DNA of 24,000 nt from an uncultured bacterium (GTDB lineage: Bacteria > Patescibacteriota > Minisyncoccia > Phycocordibacterales > CAIZIN01), in contig CAIZIN010000047.1 in assembly GCA_903933085.1 (NCBI GenBank), forward strand, positions 2,885 through 26,884, read 5' to 3'. Of this stretch, positions 21,766 to 24,000 are shown in pieces. Numbering within the stretch: position 1 is the stretch's first letter; every line of letters starts with the position of its first letter. The translations under genes were made by a program, and so were the position numbers. Under the pieces are notes generated by a model. That model did not search any database. It saw nothing but the letters and a program-made list of their open reading frames with translations, and was not told the origin of the DNA.

Positions 21766-22223
21766 AACTAGAAACAAATAGATTTGGAAACGAAAGAACT
21801 ATTACAAGCGTTAAAATTGATAATGCTTTAATAAGATGCATGGAACTTAGACTTCATCGCAATCCAAATATATATAAAGTTTGAGAATTCGTGAAGTGTC
21901 CGACATCTTTTGAGCGAATCAAAAGTTAATGCTTTAATGAATGAAATCAAAAGAGATGATTTCAAAAATATATTGTGAGCATTTTTTTTTGCAAGAATGA
22001 TTTGAAAAAGAGAAGACCCCTCAACTCTTTCCAAAAATTCAAAGAACTGTAAGAAACATATACGAGAAACTAAACTGGAACAAAACGAAACAGATTCATA
22101 AACATAAACGAGAAACCCTAGAAACCCATATTCTGTTTTTATAATGTACCAATCATTGATCCTCACTAATTGTATTCCTATCTAAAGGACATGTAAAGGA
22201 CATGCCTGTGGATAACTCTCCTT

Positions 22224-22391
22224 CGCTGAATTTTTTCTGCTAAAGCGCTACAATGCTAGTAAATTTCAGGTCGCTTTTTTTTACGAAAAATCAAAGACTC
22301 GGTCTACTAACCTCAAACAGTTTGATTTTTCTAAAAAGCTTCCGAAATTTTCAGCATTTTCGCTAACTCGCAGAAAAAATTAACTCAGTCG
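22224..22391. repeat. long imperfect inverted repeat (about 170-nt hairpin, MITE-like or RNA)
   Basis: Arms CGCTGAATTTTTTCTGCTAAAGCG...AAATTTCAGG versus the reverse complement of CCGAAATTTTCAGCATTTTCGCTAACTCGCAGAAAAAATTAACTCAGTCG. Inner perfect 11 bp GAAAAATCAAA/TTTGATTTTTC (22285-22295 and 22321-22331). Confidence 0.6.
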
Positions 22392-22407
22392 TTTTTGAAA
22401 CACAAAC

Positions 22408-22432
22408 AGCGATTTCACTTCGTGAAATCGCT
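22408..22432. terminator. hairpin, repeat of the 13337-13373 core
   Basis: AGCGATTTCAC-TTC-GTGAAATCGCT, followed by CTTTGATGTTTTGTT. Confidence 0.5.
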
Positions 22433-22500
22433 CTTTGATGTTTTGTTATATGTTACCTGTCCCCCTAAGTTTTTGTGATCAAAAAGTTTGGAGGGTGTGT

Positions 22501-24000
22501 TTACACTTTATGTCTTTTACGTATTTCCTTCACCACCTCCTGTTCCGCTTTTTCTTGTAACTCCTTACCCTGATCACTTAGCTTCTTTAATTCACTCAAA
22601 TCTAGCTTAATAAGCTCTAGAGTCTTTGTTTCAAGATATTCTGGAGTATTTAAACTAGGATCCTCCATCACCTCCTCAAGCAAAGCATGTAAAACAAAGC
22701 CAATTTTTGGACCAGGCGTTTCATGTGTAACCTCCATCACCCTGTTTCCATCAATCTTAAGCATTCCTACAGAAACAGGATCATGCATCACCTGCTCAAT
22801 CATTGCCTTATACTTACGTAATCTATATGGATTTTCCTTTGGTCTTCCTGTTCCAATACGATCACATTCACGAACGTGCATTAAATCCCATATATTATCT
22901 TTTCCAACATTGGCTACCATTCTCCTAACAGCAGAGAGACTTATAAGGTCTGGATCTGAGAAAAACATATGCCAACGCACAAACTTAGCAACCTTTTCAA
23001 TGATTTCACGTGAAAACTTTAGGTCTTCTAGGATTTTCCTAGTTATTCTCTCTCCAACCACATCATGCCCGTAAAATGTAGGCTCATCACCCTTTTCACG
23101 TGTAACGTGTCTTGTTTTAGGTTTACCAATATCATGGAACAGTGCTGCTAGCCTTATTTCTAGGCCAAAACCCTTATCTGCTGAGTGTTGCACAGTGCGT
23201 AACAAATGCTCCCAAACATCATAAGCATGTGCTTGGTTTTGAGTAACCCCAATAGCAATCTCTAATTCTGGGCAAATATATTTCAATATCCCTAACTTTT
23301 CACATGAAACAATTCCAATCAGAGGATTGTCACTCATGACAATTTTCACAAATTCATCACGAATTCTTTCTTTTGCGATGTTTTTAAGCAAGTCCTTGTG
23401 TTTTAGAATTGCATTCTGAGTACTTTCTTCAATAACAAAGCTTAAATCTGTTGCCAATCTAACTGCGCGAAGTATTCTAAGGCCATCTTCCTTGAATCTA
23501 TCCTCAGCATCCCCCACCGTTCTTATTGTCTTTAATGCCAAATCCTCTTGTCCTTTATAAAGGTCAATGATATGTCCTTTAGAACCATCTCCGATATCTA
23601 CAGCAATTGCATTAACAGTGAAATCCCTTCTTTGAAGATCATCTGAAATATCTTTACTAAAAGTAACATTATCTGGTCGTCGATTATCAGAATAGTCTGA
23701 TTCTAGTCTATATGGAGTCACTTCAATCACTTTCAACGTTTCATCTTCTTCAGTTTCATTCTTAACACCAACTGTTCCATATTTATTTTCATAGAATGAA
23801 TCTGGGAATACACCCTGAATCTCCTCAGGTGTCGCATCAGTGGTTAAATCCCAGTCTTTAGGCTTTCTGCCAATAAGCATGTCTCGAACGCATCCACCGA
23901 CAATATAGGCCTCAAAACCTGCATCTTTAAGCTTATAAACAGTTTGTTTAACAATTTCTGGTATAGAAAAATCAATATCTTTTGGGGTCTTCATTAACAT
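22501..24000 (-). CDS. cca: CCA-adding tRNA nucleotidyltransferase / poly(A) polymerase family with HD domain
   Basis: GGCVRDMLIGRKPKDWDLTT nucleotidyltransferase head and an HDIGKP HD motif. An ATG sits exactly at the window edge (23998-24000), so the true start may be there, at 23994, or beyond the window. Confidence 0.9.
   Translation of the reverse strand: MLMKTPKDIDFSIPEIVKQTVYKLKDAGFEAYIVGGCVRDMLIGRKPKDWDLTTDATPEEIQGVFPDSFYENKYGTVGVKNETEEDETLKVIEVTPYRLESDYSDNRRPDNVTFSKDISDDLQRRDFTVNAIAVDIGDGSKGHIIDLYKGQEDLALKTIRTVGDAEDRFKEDGLRILRAVRLATDLSFVIEESTQNAILKHKDLLKNIAKERIRDEFVKIVMSDNPLIGIVSCEKLGILKYICPELEIAIGVTQNQAHAYDVWEHLLRTVQHSADKGFGLEIRLAALFHDIGKPKTRHVTREKGDEPTFYGHDVVGERITRKILEDLKFSREIIEKVAKFVRWHMFFSDPDLISLSAVRRMVANVGKDNIWDLMHVRECDRIGTGRPKENPYRLRKYKAMIEQVMHDPVSVGMLKIDGNRVMEVTHETPGPKIGFVLHALLEEVMEDPSLNTPEYLETKTLELIKLDLSELKKLSDQGKELQEKAEQEVVKEIRKRHKV

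Noticed and set aside
21828-22166. 112-aa minus-strand ORF in the large non-coding region
   Set aside because: GTG start only, no promoter or RBS features, and an extremely F/L/S/I-rich translation typical of random AT-rich sequence. Kept only as a remote possibility.
22207-22215. Perfect DnaA box TGTGGATAA as evidence for oriC
   Set aside because: Only this single perfect box was seen, with weak 8/9-type matches far away (for example 7470). There is no box cluster, no adjacent dnaA/dnaN and no clear DUE, so this is insufficient to call an origin.

Overview
AT-rich, gene-dense bacterial window whose start codons mostly lack Shine-Dalgarno sequences. By inference it comes from a small-genome, Patescibacteria/CPR-like organism. 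Recognisable housekeeping genes are PNPase (pnp), ribosomal protein S15 (rpsO), a Xer-type tyrosine recombinase, exodeoxyribonuclease III (xth), a CCA-adding/HD-domain nucleotidyltransferase, a TraR/DksA zinc-finger protein, and NUDIX, HIT, P-loop kinase-like and NYN-domain proteins. There are three TrmB-like HTH regulators, and the remaining ORFs are unrecognised.

The strongest finding is a minus-strand operon (about 5456 down to 2694). Its intercistronic gaps carry three complete type-III hammerhead ribozymes (3301-3364, 4088-4152, 4952-5015). All three have an intact catalytic core, their stems covary, and each is preceded by a stable hairpin. Part of this operon is visibly GC-richer than its surroundings, and none of its proteins has a known role.

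Other notable observations:
- rpsO and pnp are co-oriented but separated by about 6.5 kb of cassette-like genes. Two of these cassettes share a duplicated promoter/leader, and three have closely related or individually clear terminators.
- A family of GTCATTCC...GGATGAC palindromic intergenic elements occurs four times.
- An 11-bp-arm palindrome is inserted in frame into xth.
- About 1.1 kb (21373-22500) has no convincing ORF but contains a candidate structured RNA and a roughly 170-nt imperfect hairpin.

No rRNA, tRNA, CRISPR array or transposase gene was seen. All calls come from reading the sequence and motifs by eye; no searches were run.
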